Positions 38,491 through 52,110 of a stretch of 64,000 nucleotides of DNA are shown here, piece by piece. The stretch is from Octopus bimaculoides (taxonomy: Eukaryota): contig NC_069004.1 in the NCBI RefSeq assembly GCF_001194135.2, positions 22,124,460 through 22,188,459 on the forward strand, in the 5' to 3' direction. Position 1 is the stretch's first letter. Each line of letters starts with the position of its first letter. The notes beneath the pieces are model-generated. The model searched no databases. It was given only the letters and a program-made list of their open reading frames with translations, and was not told where the DNA came from. Position numbers and translations under genes: made by a program.

Positions 38491-38801
38491 TTGGTTGGTG
38501 TTTGTCAGATGATGTCAGAGATGAAAGGGGTGATAAATGACATTTGCTCCATTAATTTTACATCAAGATGAGAGCTTTGGGGCAAATTGGCCAACAGTTG
38601 GAATTCAACTTGGGACTGAAACAATAGAATGATTGCATTACAGAATTAATTCTCATCCATCCTTAACCTCTGATCAAACACCACTAGGTGTTTATTATAG
38701 ATGTATCATAGTCATGCTATTTAGCCGTCTTTAGCCCTCCACAGGAGCTAGCTTAACAGTACGCATGGATTGCTGCTTTTAAGCTAGTATGTAATATGTA
38801 T

Positions 38802-38851
<50 letters not shown>

Positions 38852-39503
38852 ATAAGTTTCGGCCAGTACTGGCTCAGGCCATGCCTAACTTAATAGCACC
38901 ACCAGAGTGTGTGTGTATATATGTGTGTATGTACGTGTGTGCATGTATATACATACACACATAGACATGCATACATATATGTACATACATTCATATATAA
39001 ATATAGGCACATTCACGTGTGTATGTGCATGTATATGTATACATACATACATATACACATAGGCACATATAATATACAATTAGATGTAATGTTCATATAA
39101 TATACACACAAATACATATACATTATATAATATGTGTGTGTGTACAGAAGGAAATATGGTTACTGGTAATAAAATCACAATAAGATTCCAGTTGTAGTAA
39201 ACATTAGCCCTAACAGTTGAACTCTTGCTTTTAGCATTACTGTTGAATTCCAAGTTGGCTTTGATTGGCCAAGCCTGGAATCAAAAGCATTCCAACCATG
39301 ACCATCTCATATTGTTTCCTCTTGACACAGGAAATTTGGCTACTATTTCTGGCAGGACAATGAACCACATAAAACAATACCTTTACAAGTTTACCATTCT
39401 GACTGTCCCCCACTGCCATCACCACTCACATATGTAAGACATATTTAGTCAGCTAACTGCAGTCAACCCATGCAAGCATGGAAAGATTTTGAAATGATGA
39501 TGA

Positions 39504-39511
39504 CACACGGG

Positions 39512-39571
<60 letters not shown>

Positions 39572-39622
39572 NNNNNNNNNNNNNNNNNNNNNNNNNNNNN
39601 NNNNNNNNNNNNNNNNNNNNNN

Positions 39623-39691
<69 letters not shown>
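39504..39691. repeat. (GT)n-gap-(GA)n compound microsatellite
   Basis: Read directly; N gap at 39572-39621. It represents dozens of CA/TA/GA tracts in the window. Confidence 0.95.
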
Positions 39692-39694
<3 letters not shown>

Positions 39695-41155
39695 TATATA
39701 TAAGCACAAGAACATATTACACAGCCACATATTCATGTAGCCATCTTTCAGACAATGCCATAGGGAATATTACCCTAACAGGCCTGTTCCGGAACACATT
39801 GAATGAGGAGAACTTATTTAGATAAAGTGGTGTGGGTAGTTTAACATATAACACTGACCCTGGTCAGGACACTAAACCATAGTGGGAAATATCTGGTAAG
39901 CTACTCCCATGTCATGTGACCAATGCCCCAAATTCTGGTTTCAATTTTGGCCTTCAAGTTTTAAACTGTTAATACTCTTTGGAAAAAGGCATTAAAAATA
40001 AATAAAAAAAGAAACCAAAAGCATAAACATGACTGCATGGTAAGAAGTTTAGTTCACAACCATAGAGTTCTGGGTTCAAATCCCACTGTGTTGTGTATTG
40101 GCAAATGATTTCTGCTATAGTCCTGAACCGTCCAATCCTTTGCAAGTAAATTTGACAGAAAAAAAAACTTGCCAAAACCCATTGTCTATTCATGTGTGTG
40201 TACACGTGAATGTTTTTCCCTTACAGCTTGACAACTGGTGTTGGTTTGTTTACATTCCCACAATTTAATAGTTTGACAAAAAGATGCTGATAGAATAAGT
40301 ACCAAACTTAAGAATATGCACTGGAAATAATTTGATCAACTGAAACCTTCAAGATAGTGCCACAGCATGGCCACAGTCCAATGATCAAAACAAGTAAAAC
40401 AATAAAATAATATACTGTTCTTTACACATGCACACAGTCATAAAGCACAAGTGCACACACATACACACACACATGTGCACACACACACACACACACATGT
40501 GCACACACACACACGCACACACATACACAAAGCTCAAACACCTGTACATTTCAAGTTTTGTGCTTGCTCATATATGGAAAAAAAAGTTGGTTGAAAGCCA
40601 AGTTTACATCACATTACATAATGCTACACCATGTTACATGACACCACCCTGGCCCACCCCACAGAACACGACACCATCATCACCATCGTCACCACACTGC
40701 ACACAAAGTAACGTGCTAGACAGAGCAATGTATGTTATCATATGACCTGCTAGAAATAACAGCTAAATCTTAAAATCACACCCAAAATTTTTGAAGAAAA
40801 TAGGACACGTTAATATGGCCCTAGATTATGACATAGGGAAAAGATGAGATGGTCATGGTTTGAAGGCCTTTGATGAGAGATCTGTTTAATCAGAGTTGGT
40901 CTCATTGACCAGGAGATAAACATCATTATACTGAACTGTATTAGAGAACACAAAACATAAGGATAGACAACTACCCCTGCCGACATCACAGCATCACATC
41001 ACCAAGTTCAATCACTTGCCATCACAACAAAATCACACCACCACAATCACCATCTCCGTCACCTTCATAATCTCACAATATCCATCATACTGTCAGATAT
41101 CACATGTTAGACCACATCACTAACATTCCCTTCACTTTATTGGCTTCTGCTGTAC

Positions 41156-41191
<36 letters not shown>

Positions 41192-41206
41192 ACTCTGTGT
41201 TTAAAT

Positions 41207-41238
<32 letters not shown>

Positions 41239-41427
41239 GATGTGTCAGTGCGTGTGTAATATTCAGTATCGTTAATCAATAAAAATCAGATAACATCAAC
41301 CATTTAGTCATGATGGGACATTACACTATTAGTAGAGTAAAATTTATTTATCACATTAAAATTGACTAAGACTTAAAATTTCACCTTAACTTATTCAATA
41401 CATATTTACACACACACATATATATAT

Positions 41428-41585
41428 AAGGTGTGGCTGTGTGATGAGAGGCTTGCTTCCCAACCACATGGTTCCAGGGTCAGTCCCACTGCGTGACACC
41501 TTAGGCAAGTGTCTTCTACAATGGCCTCGGGTCAACCAATGCCTTATGAGTGGATTTGGTAGATGGAAACTGAAAGAAGCTTGTC

Positions 41586-41617
<32 letters not shown>

Positions 41618-41725
41618 TTGTCTCCTAGTACCACTTGACAACCACTTGCCATAACTTAGCAGTTCAGCAAAAGAGGCTGATAGACTAAGTATCAGGCTTA
41701 ACAAAGAGTAAGTACTGGGGTGTAT
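41428..41725 (+). mobile_element. SINE family B copy
   Basis: ggtgtggctgtgtg...ggtcagtcccactgcgtgacaccttaggcaag...(TG)n...ttagcagttcagcaaaagag. Confidence 0.8.
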
Positions 41726-42465
41726 TCATTTGACGAAAAAAGAATGCTCCAGTATAGTCACAGTGTAATGAGTGAAAGAAATGAATANNNNNNNNNNNNN
41801 NNNNNNNNNNNNNNNNNNNNNNNNNNNNNNNNNNNNNNNNNNNNNNNNNNNNNNNNNNNNNNNNNNNNNNNNNNNNNNNNNNNNNNNNNNNNNNNNNNNN
41901 NNNNNNNNNNNNNNNNNNNNNNNNNNNNNNNNNNNNNNNNNNNNNNNNNTATATATATACAAAGCAGATAATAGATACACATGTACTTCACAGTACACAT
42001 GTCAACTCATCTAAAAACAAGGTACTTTTCATTGAAAGGAATAGAAAAATCTCGAATATATAACCCAGAGCATACATACATACACAAAACACATATTTCT
42101 GTGAGTATTTGTGTGTGTGTGCTATCATGTATCCACACATTGAACACTTATACAATACACACAAATACATGTGTTTATATACACACATCTGCATCAATTC
42201 CATTCATACAAATATCACTGTGCAAACACATCTACACTCGTACTAATACACCTTCATGCCGAGAGCTACAGACACACACAAACACACTTATACCTCTACA
42301 TACTCATGCACACAAACCAGTACATCTACACCTATGCACACACAGACACTGAACTAAACACATCTATACCTGAATACTCAGCTATACTTATAGAGACAAA
42401 CATGCGTGCAAACACCTATACTTAGATAAACCCATACACACTCGAATACATATATCTACATACAC

Positions 42466-42496
<31 letters not shown>

Positions 42497-42522
42497 GAGA
42501 GAGAGAAAGATATATGCATGTA

Positions 42523-42603
<81 letters not shown>

Positions 42604-42604
42604 G

Positions 42605-42649
<45 letters not shown>

Positions 42650-42659
42650 TATATATCTT

Positions 42660-43028
42660 TTCTCTTTTACTTGTTTCAGTCACTGCCTTCAAGAATTTTT
42701 AGTCGAATGCATTGACCCCAGTACTTACGTTTTGTTAAGTCTGGTACTTATTCTATCAGTCTCTTTGTCAAACTGCTAAGTTATGGGGACATAAACACGC
42801 CAACACCAGATGTCAAGCAGTGGCGGGGTCAAAGACAGACAGACACACACACACACACATATATACAGCAAGCTTTTTTTCAGTTTCCATCTACCAAATC
42901 TACTCACAAGGGTTTTGGTCGGACCAAGGCTTTAGTAGAAGACATTTGCCTAAGGTGACACACAATGGAACTGAACTAGGAACTATGTGGTTGGGAAGCA
43001 AGCTTCTTATCACAAAGCCACACCTGCA
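42660..43028 (-). mobile_element. SINE family B copy
   Basis: Same two-part structure in reverse orientation, starting about 100 nt into the intron after the MLSRLW donor. Confidence 0.8.
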
Positions 43029-43134
43029 CCAATATATATAAATACACACACACACACACACACAATCTAACTTTTTTCAGGAAATACAAAGATAACAACA
43101 ACAGCAACAAGTGTTCTACATATTCGGTACTTAC

Positions 43135-43152
43135 CCACAATCTGCTTAACAT
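43135..43152 (-). CDS. Candidate coding end of an alternative first exon (MLSRLW) of the ERC gene
   Basis: Minus strand reads aacaata ATG TTA AGC AGA TTG TGG | GTAAGT: A at -3, full consensus donor, phase 0. It joins the 17078 exon in frame as MLSRLW-RQSSLGKELQ. No transcript evidence. Confidence 0.55.
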
Positions 43153-44253
43153 TATTGTTGTTTTGTTGTCCAATTATATTAATTTGTTTCTCTCCTACTT
43201 TCCTTCCTAGTAGGTAAAGGTGTTGTGATTTTGCCCACTTCCACTGTATGTGTAGGGTTTTGGGGTTTCTTTTTTGTCTTTTTATGATCCAAGAAATGTC
43301 AAAATTGTCAAAATCCAATGACACACCCACTAATCCAAGTAACTGCTAAACTGACTGTCCAAGACCAGGTGACTGACCAGCGCAACTGAACCCCAAGTAT
43401 GTAGGTGTGTATATGTGTGAGTGTATGCATAAGTGTGTGTGTGTGTATAGTTCTAATAGTTTAATAATGCTACTGTAAATGATGATGATGATGATAATTA
43501 TAATGATAATTGGAAAAAGTAATAATGTTATTAGTATCAATAATAATTTGTAAAAATAAAAAGTAATAAGAATAATAATGCAAATGATGCCACTGGGGGT
43601 TTCCTATAGAGGCATGTTGCCACAGTGTGATGGGATGTTGAGGTTTTCATGCTTTTCTCAGCTTCATTAAAGATCATATAATGCATTAAAAATAATAAAA
43701 ATCTAAAGAAAGAAAACAGAAAAAAATCCAATACCACAAAGTCCCGGCAATTCCATGCAAAGGAAACTCGGAAACTGGAAGGGAGACGATGGGCAGTCGA
43801 AGGTCGTGGACTCGGCTTTGGTAAATGACAACGACAACAACAATGCTGACGATGACAACAACAACAATGATAATAATAATAATAATAACAATATGGACTT
43901 CCGGGTGATAATAAGCTATACTAATGATGTTGATGGTGACAATGATTGATAGTGATGAGGGTAGTGCTGGTAATGTAAATAGTGCAGTGATGCAAAACAC
44001 GAGCAGATGCACTTCAATGTGCAAGCATGTTCATTGATGAGAGAGAAATCGGAAGGCGGCAGAATTTGAAGGAAAAAAGAAAAGTGAAAATAAAAAACAA
44101 GTTAAGAATGACAAGCTGGGGAAAGTGAGAAAGTAAGAAATGGGGAGAGAAAGAAAGGGAGAATGGAAGAATACGAAGGAGAAAACAAACGAGAAATAAA
44201 GAATGAAAGAAAAAGGAAGGAAACTGGAACGAAGAGGAATGAAAGTGACAGAA

Positions 44254-44288
<35 letters not shown>

Positions 44289-44800
44289 AGAAATAAGAAA
44301 TAACCACTAATAAATATCTAAAATGTGCAGTTGCATATATAAGATGCGCTGTTTGCACTGCTGTGTGTTATTGATTGATTGATTCTGCTGGTTTCACCTT
44401 CATCTCTTTCTTCCTAGTTTTCATTAAATGAATGAAAAGTGGTAGTGGGAGGAGGAGGAAGTACAATAGTGTAGTAATAGTGGTAGTAGTAAGAGAGGAA
44501 AGTAGTAGTAGTAGTAGTAGTGTTGGTGTTGATAAGGACAGTAATAGTAAGTGTAGGAGTGGATACAGTGTGTAAGTAGTAGTAGTAGTAGTAGTGATGG
44601 TGATGGTTAATGGTAACAGTTATGGCAGTAGCAGGCAAGAGAGGAAGGATGAGGGGCATTAGATGATGAAGAGAGGGAGAGGGAGGGGGGGGGAAGTGAG
44701 AAGAGAAAGGAAAGAGAAAAGAAAAGAAGCAGTCAGACCGGCCAGCATTATTTGGACAGAATTGATAGCACAGTGGTCAAAATACCTGATGGAAGATAGT
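43153..44800 (-). promoter_or_regulatory. Candidate internal promoter / 5'UTR block upstream of the MLSRLW exon
   Basis: About 1.6 kb with no recognisable SINE or MITE, several retained CpGs and pyrimidine-rich simple repeats on the minus strand, ending at a strong donor. The TSS cannot be located from sequence. Confidence 0.3.
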
Positions 44801-47351
44801 TGTGTTCCTTTTTGTCCAGTGTTCAATATCTGCCACTGTTGACATTTCATCCATTCAGGGACAATGAAGCAAGTTATTTTATTTTTGTATTTGGCTTACG
44901 AGATTCTTGGTGTGAACTCATATGTTGAAACAGATTTTGTTGTTCTTTGGGAGGGTCATTATGTCAATAATAAACGCACACTGACTGTTTTTCACATTTT
45001 CATTATTCATCATTTGGTTATTTAACCAATTGATTGCTTAATTAACCATTTGGTTAATCAATCAATCAGCTGTGTATGCCAGTCCTTTCATCCACTTCAG
45101 TGACATGCTCTCTCACTACTCCAGATCAGCTTCAGGACTGTCTGTCCTTCAGTTTTAGGTTCTATATTTATGTAGTTGTATGGTTAATCAAACAACAGAT
45201 TAATTAGTTGGTTAAATAGCTAACTAATTGATGAATTATAAAGAAGTGAAATTGAACCAGTGCATGAGTTTATTGTTGGATTAGTGACTCTCCCAAGATA
45301 CAACAAAACTGTTATTTACTTGCTCTGATCTAGTTGACAATATAATTCCTTTCTCTATAGATTTGTAGATCCAATCTTATGCTGTTTAACATCAGATCAG
45401 CCCTGATCTTCCAACCATGACCATCCACCAACCACAACAAAATTGAGATCTTAAAACCAAGGCTCTACATAAAAAAGCTTTGGTGTGAGTGATGGTGTCA
45501 CATAAAAAGCACTGGTGCTGGTGCCACACAAAAAGCACTGGTGATAGTTTTACATAAAACACATCCAGTACACTCTGTAAAGTGGTTGATGTAAGGAAGG
45601 GCATCCAGCTGTAAGAACCAAGCCAAAACAGACCATGGAGCCTGGTGCAGCCTCTGGCCTTGCCAGTTACTGTCAAGCCATCCAACCCATGCCAGCATGG
45701 AAAACGAATGTTAAATGTTGATGATCATGATGATGATGATATTGGTATATAAGGGTCTACAATGTGCCAAATAGGCTGTGATTACTAGTAGGTAAGGAGC
45801 AGCCATGAAGGGACTCACTTAGCTTGACAATTACCATTATAATTAGGTTGGGAGATGGCAAAAAATGTAAATAAAAAAATTCTGCAATATTCAGTCTACA
45901 GCTTTTTTACATTAGGGGTTCAAATCCTGCTTAGATCAACTTTACTTTTCATCCTTACAGATTCAATAAAATGTTATGGTTGACATAATTGCTCCCACTC
46001 CAAATCAAATTTCTAGCCTTGTGCTCATATAAGAAATCAATACTGTACCCCTTTATTTTTCAAGTTCAAACCCCATCAGAGGAGGAATCAACTTTGTCAT
46101 TAAAAAAGAAGTAGATTGATGGAATCGGTAGAGCCCTGGGCACAAGACCTTGGGATATTTTGTGTTAGCATTTTACATTCTTTATTCAAGTCCTGCTGAA
46201 ATCCGTTTTGCTTTCCATCCCTCTGGGGTCATGTAACTAATCAATTACACACATTCCCTCAAATGTGACCCTGTTATCTGAAAGCAAGAACTTTCTTTTC
46301 CAGCCAAATCTTAACAAGTTCTTAAGTACCACTCAAAGAGGAAGTGTTTGTCCTGGGTGAGGAGTGCTGCTCTTAACCTAGTATGTCTGTAGAAAGGTGG
46401 TGAATATGGTTAAATGAAGGGGGCTTGAACTTACGGTTAGTTTGAGAAAATAGCATGAAAGGGCTATTTTCTTTTTTGGTAGACAAGGTATTTTGGGAAT
46501 TTATGTGGAATTCCCAGATTGGTTCTTGGTAGTGGGGGTCCTATTCAGACACACACAATGAGGTAAGCCAATGAGAGTCAATAATGGAACCTCTCTAACT
46601 TGCCTAAAATAACAACCAAATTCCATAAAATCACATACAACTGCTTTGAAAGTGGAAAGATACAGGATGGTCATGGTTAGCATATCTTTGGCCAGGGACC
46701 ACTTAAATTAAGACAGATCATGGGCTAAACAAGACATAATCAGTCTTCATGAATTCCTCTTTTCTAACCATTATTCTTTGTGATTCTAAAAGAAATTATC
46801 ATTAATGTTTCTTCTAAACTTTGTAGCTTTGTGCCTATATTAAAAAATCAACATTACAAGCATGACCAGTGGAAATTTCACAGTGTAAGTCAACATATTT
46901 GAATATCTACCAACATATGTATCAATATGGATAAACATTTAAACTAGTAATAAAAAAATATATAATAGCAGTGCCCCAGTATGGCCACAGCTTTTGGTCT
47001 GGGACACATAAAAGATAAAAGTGTAACATCCACAGCAATTTGCAAAGGTTATTTCACTTCAATTTATCTACCTGTTGATATATCTTTTTTTAAATTTATA
47101 GATCTTCCTGACATTGTTTCAGTACATTAAATATTTTGAGTGCACCTGCCATTTGAACACACAAATGCAGAATAATATAGTTCTTCTCTCTCTTTCTGTT
47201 TCTCTTTCCATTTTTCACTGACTGCACTATTTTCGTTTCTCTCCTTGTCTCCACTTCTTCCTCCTCCTCTCTCTTTGTATATCTTTCTCCATTTAAGTTA
47301 TTACCTTCCTTGGCATAAAACAGCCAGACTTCAGGAACAAGCATAATAATA

Positions 47352-47560
47352 TTGGTTTCAAATTTTGGCACAAGACCAGCAAGTTCAGGGGAAGGGCAAG
47401 TTGGTTACATTGACCCCAATGCTCAACTGATACTTATTTCATCAACCTTGAAAGGATGAAAAGCAAAGTCAATCTCTGCAGAATTTTGAACGCAGAACAT
47501 AAAGATACACAAAATACCGCAAAGCATTTTGCCCAGTGTGCTAACCATTCTGCAAGCACA
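47352..47560 (-). mobile_element. SINE family A copy
   Basis: ggtttcaaattttggcacaagacc...gtgctaaccattctgc. Confidence 0.85.
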
Positions 47561-47602
47561 CCATCCTAACAAGCAGAATAATATTATAATTATTTGGTGT
47601 GC

Positions 47603-47646
<44 letters not shown>

Positions 47647-47977
47647 ATCCCCCATGCAAATTGCAAACAAGTGTCGCCATCATGCAAGCAGTGTCTTTTA
47701 TTTGCATTCTTCTTTGAAAACATATCTGGCAATTGTGCTGTTTGTCTTCATAAGACATATGAAATACTGCCATACTTGAAAACACATGAGTGTTGGCAAC
47801 AGGAAAAGCATCCAATCAAAGAAAATCAACTTTCATGAATTTCATCTGACTGAGACAAGCAGAGAAATATATAAATATTTTGCTGAAGAACCAGAGAAAT
47901 ACAATAAAACCAAAACTTACTTTGTGGTATTTATATATCAGCAACAAAGGCAGTATTAATACCAAGAGATAATATTG

Positions 47978-48191
47978 ATCCCACTTAAAAGTGGATGTTC
48001 TATTAGAGCAAACTTTACTGTGGTAGTTGCCATGAGAAAAACTCTTGCATTGCATTTTTGGTGCAAAATGCACTAAAAAAAAACAAGAGTGCATTTTGCA
48101 CCAAAAAAAAAAACCCAACAAAAGAGTTTCTCTCATGGCAACTACTGCAGTAAAGTTTGTTCTGATAGAACATCCATATTTAAGTGGGGAT
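47978..48191. mobile_element. Palindromic hairpin MITE
   Basis: Arms of about 80 bp (cccacttaaa...ggatgttcta...ttgccatgag / ctcatggcaa...tagaacatcc...tttaagtggg) plus an inner hairpin gtgcaaaatgcact/agtgcattttgcac; a deleted relative lies at about 55315-55412. Confidence 0.8.
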
Positions 48192-48402
48192 AGATATTAC
48201 CCCTTTTATTCTACTCTTGCTGCATAGACAATCCCTTGTCACATTCACCATTAAAAATACATTGAACCAGTGACTAGCCTTTTGGAACTCTATAACAAAT
48301 GATTATTATTATTTACATTTTATTTTATATTGTGTACTTTGTGAATAAGTACTGGGGTACTTAAGGCTCCAAAATTTGTGACTCTTAGCCTCAGTTAAAT
48401 AT

Positions 48403-48702
<300 letters not shown>

Positions 48703-48705
48703 TAA

Positions 48706-49895
48706 GGCAACAAGTTGGCAGAATCATTAGCATGCTGGACTAAATGCTTAGCAGTACTTCACCCGTCACTACATTCTGAGTTCAAATTCCACCGAGGTCA
48801 ACTTTGCCTTTCATCCTTTCAAGGTCAATAAATTAAGTACCAGTGAAACACTGGGGTTGATGTAAATGACTAGTTCCCTCCTCACAAATTTCAGGTCTTG
48901 TGCCTTTAGTAGAAAGGATTATTATTAATATAATTATTATTGTTATGTTGTGAGTTTGAATATCTCATCACCAATAATGTTATGATGATGTTGGGGTGTG
49001 CACAAGGGTGTTGAACAGTATTACCCAAATAAATATTTGGATATGGTTATCTAGAATAACCTTTTGCAGAATTAATATGTTCAAACAGAATGTACTCCAC
49101 ACTATGCCAAATCTAGATACGATATTAACTAACACAATAATCCAATAGGAACGATCAATGCTCTCAAGTGCCTGCATTCAACTACTCAACAGTTCACACA
49201 GTTTCTTTATCTTATTGAAATGCGTCAATTCACTTTTGGTCAGGTGGGAGTGGTCAGGATCCTTGCACAACAATTGGTGGTGGTGGTAGAATTGTTAGCA
49301 AGCTGGGTGAAATGCTTAGCTGTATTTCATCTATCTTTATGTTTTGAGTTCAAATTCTGCTGGAGTTGACTTTGCCTTTCATCCTTTTGGGGGTCAATAA
49401 AATAAGTACCAGTTGAGCACTGGGGTCAATGTAATTGACTTACCCCCTCCCCTGAACTTGTGTCAAAATTCGAAATTATTATTAAGGTGATGATTCTGCA
49501 AAGGTTGACCTCGCTCTTCATCCTTTCATGATTAATAAATCAAGTACCAGTTAAGCACTGGGATCACTGTGACTGACTAGTCCCCTCCCACAAAGATTTT
49601 AGGCCTTGTGCCTATAGTAGAAAGATGGATCAGCATCATCATCATCAGTGGTGGTAGTGGTGGGGTGGAGGTAAGCTGACAAACTCATTAGTCTAACCCT
49701 AACCCTATTGAAAAAGCGTTTAGTGGCATATCTTCTGGTTTTACGCTCAGAGTTCAGATTCCACTAAAGTCAACTTTCCTTTTCATCCTTTTGGGGCTAA
49801 TCAAATAAGAACCAAGTGTAGGAGGAGGGGGGATCGATGTAATCAACCTTATACCTTCCCTCAAAATTTCTGATCTTGTACCAAAACTTAAAAGA
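48706..49895 (+). mobile_element. Cluster of four same-orientation SINE family A copies or fragments
   Basis: Copies at about 48706-48917, 49275-49480, 49500-49625 and 49665-49895, mostly ending in (ATT)n. Confidence 0.8.
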
Positions 49896-50763
49896 ATTAT
49901 TATTATTATTATTACCACTATTGTTGTTGTTATTTCTACCTTTCATTATTATGATGAGGATAATGAGAATCACCATCATAATCAATGTTAACAATATCTT
50001 ATCCCTATTGCCATGTCCATGCAAGAATAGGTAGGACAGGGTTTTGTAAAACAAGAACATGGTTTCCTTGCTCGAAACTTGAAGGAACTGTAGAGGTGCC
50101 ATTAAGACATGCACTGTGTCTTGGGCATTTTAAACCTGATGGACTCCATTTTCCACTCTTCTCTATTCATGTTTTAAAATTCTATTTCTTACTCTCATCT
50201 GTCAAGTCCAAAATTCTTTAATCAAGTCTATTTCTGCTAAATTTCTTTATTGTGAGAACATTCCACTTTGTTGCTTTTGTTTAGCCCTGGGTCTGCTCTG
50301 ATTGAGCAGGCTTGTGATCAGAGATGTTCTAAACGTGTTCCAGCTGTGATTGCCTCAATTCTATTTTCAGGCACACCGTATTTAAAACTACAGTATCTAA
50401 TATATGTACTTGAATTTTTTAAGAAAGCAGGATGAGATCTGAGATTTGACTGCTATTTCCTGGAGGTCAAGTGACAGCATACAGGCTCTCTTGTATACAA
50501 GTTTTGTTATTTAATCCTAAATCAGTTGTGATACTGTAGACATGTGATCAAGGACGTTCCAGCCATGACCATGCCATCTTCATATTCAAGCACAGTGATC
50601 TTTTTGAAAGATGGTCGTATATGATTTAAGGGAGATTTGGTTCTTATTTCTAATGGTTCAGGTGAACCCATTAAAGGCTTTCTCAATGACTTGTACTTAG
50701 AGTTAGGGGTTGATTGTTGTGACTGGCAAAACAACAAGAGGGGGTTGCTTCTAATGATTAGTA

Positions 50764-51025
50764 CAGTGTTTCCCAACCTATTTTTCACCAGACACCACAA
50801 TAACTTTCCAGAAAAATGTACGCTCCTCTGGTGGTTGGTAAAAAAATAATTTTATTTTTAATATTTTATCACAATTATTTAATAGAAAAGAATCTACCGG
50901 AAACTCTTTTATTAAATACTGAGTACAAAAAAAACATTGAGTAAGAAAAAAAGAGAATCACTTTAATAAGAATTTTGTTCCCAGGCCCCACTGGTGGGGT
51001 GTATACCCCACATTGGGAATCACTA
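50764..51025. mobile_element. hAT-like MITE
   Basis: TIRs cagtgtttcccaa / ttgggaatcacta; TSD not recognisable. Confidence 0.5.
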
Positions 51026-51922
51026 TACTAGGGTTTCTGGCTATCCCCTATATGACAAGTTCAAAACAACACATCAAAGACTGCCGCACAAATACTCAAT
51101 GTTAACTTAGACACCAAAATGGAAAGTACCAGTAAATTACTGGTATTTTAAGTCAAAGAATCAAGAGGAAATGTCAGCCTTATTGGCATTTCAATTGTCT
51201 TTATCCTTTCCATCTGATTACAAACAGGAGGAGTTTATAAACACACATGATGTACATACACACATACACAATCCTTAACGCAAGACAAACAAATACATAC
51301 AATTATATACAATTATATACACACAACACAAATGCATAATATTCTCTCTCTTATGTACACACACAGACACACACAACATAAACACACAGACAGATACACA
51401 CACAGACAGACACACCCTTTACAATCAAATTAACATAGCAGAATCAAACAACTTAAGTGTCAGAGAGAATCTACAGAGACATATTGAGTGAAAGAGAGAG
51501 GGGGAGGGGGAGGGAGAGGGAAAGAGAGAGAGAGAGAAAGGGCAAGAGAGAGGTGGAGATGATAGAGATGTTAAGCAGGAGCAGAATAAAGAACTTTGCC
51601 AAAATATTCCTGTCTCAAGGTACACAGCTCTGTTAAAAGCTGTTAAAGGCTGATTTAGCAATGTAGTTTGATGACCATTGTTTTAGTAAACAATGGCTAA
51701 TATCCAACCAAATTTGGCCATGAATATTAAATTGGCTAATTCTTCAAATAAGTAAATAAAAATAGAAAACAAATAAATAAATAATTTAAAGAAATTAGAA
51801 CTCAAATGTTTGTTCAGCATCAATCTTCAGTACTTTTTTATTCTAAGTTGTATTTGATATACGGATGGATTCAAAGAATTGGACCACTGATGAGGAAGGG
51901 AAGGGTTTTCAGTCCAACTTAA

Positions 51923-52110
51923 CCCCTTAACATTCAAACCAGCCATATCTGGTTCAGATATTCTACACATTTTATGCTAAAACTGGTTAGATCCAGCCTC
52001 TCACACATACCCGACAATGTCAATCTAAAAATAAGCAATCACATCATTAAAATTTAAAAACTACAAGATAACACATGATTAATTCAAAATGTGAAAAAAT
52101 AAACCTGGTA
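51923..52110 (+). mobile_element. piggyBac-like MITE copy, 3'-truncated
   Basis: ttaacccc...aaaccagccatatc...gcctctcacac...aagataa...attaattcaaaatgtgaa, same family. Confidence 0.7.

Noticed and set aside
47096-47371. Charged ORF as a possible additional ERC coiled-coil exon
   Set aside because: Derived from a GA-rich low-complexity tract, starts in a SINE, and has no similarity to ERC motifs.
49693-49706. ctaaccctaaccct telomere-like repeat
   Set aside because: Only about two units, inside a decayed SINE.
51885-51915. Other CTGATGA words (15181, 19266, 35887, 51886, 55670) as hammerhead cores
   Set aside because: No stem II followed by GAAA and no stem I complement.
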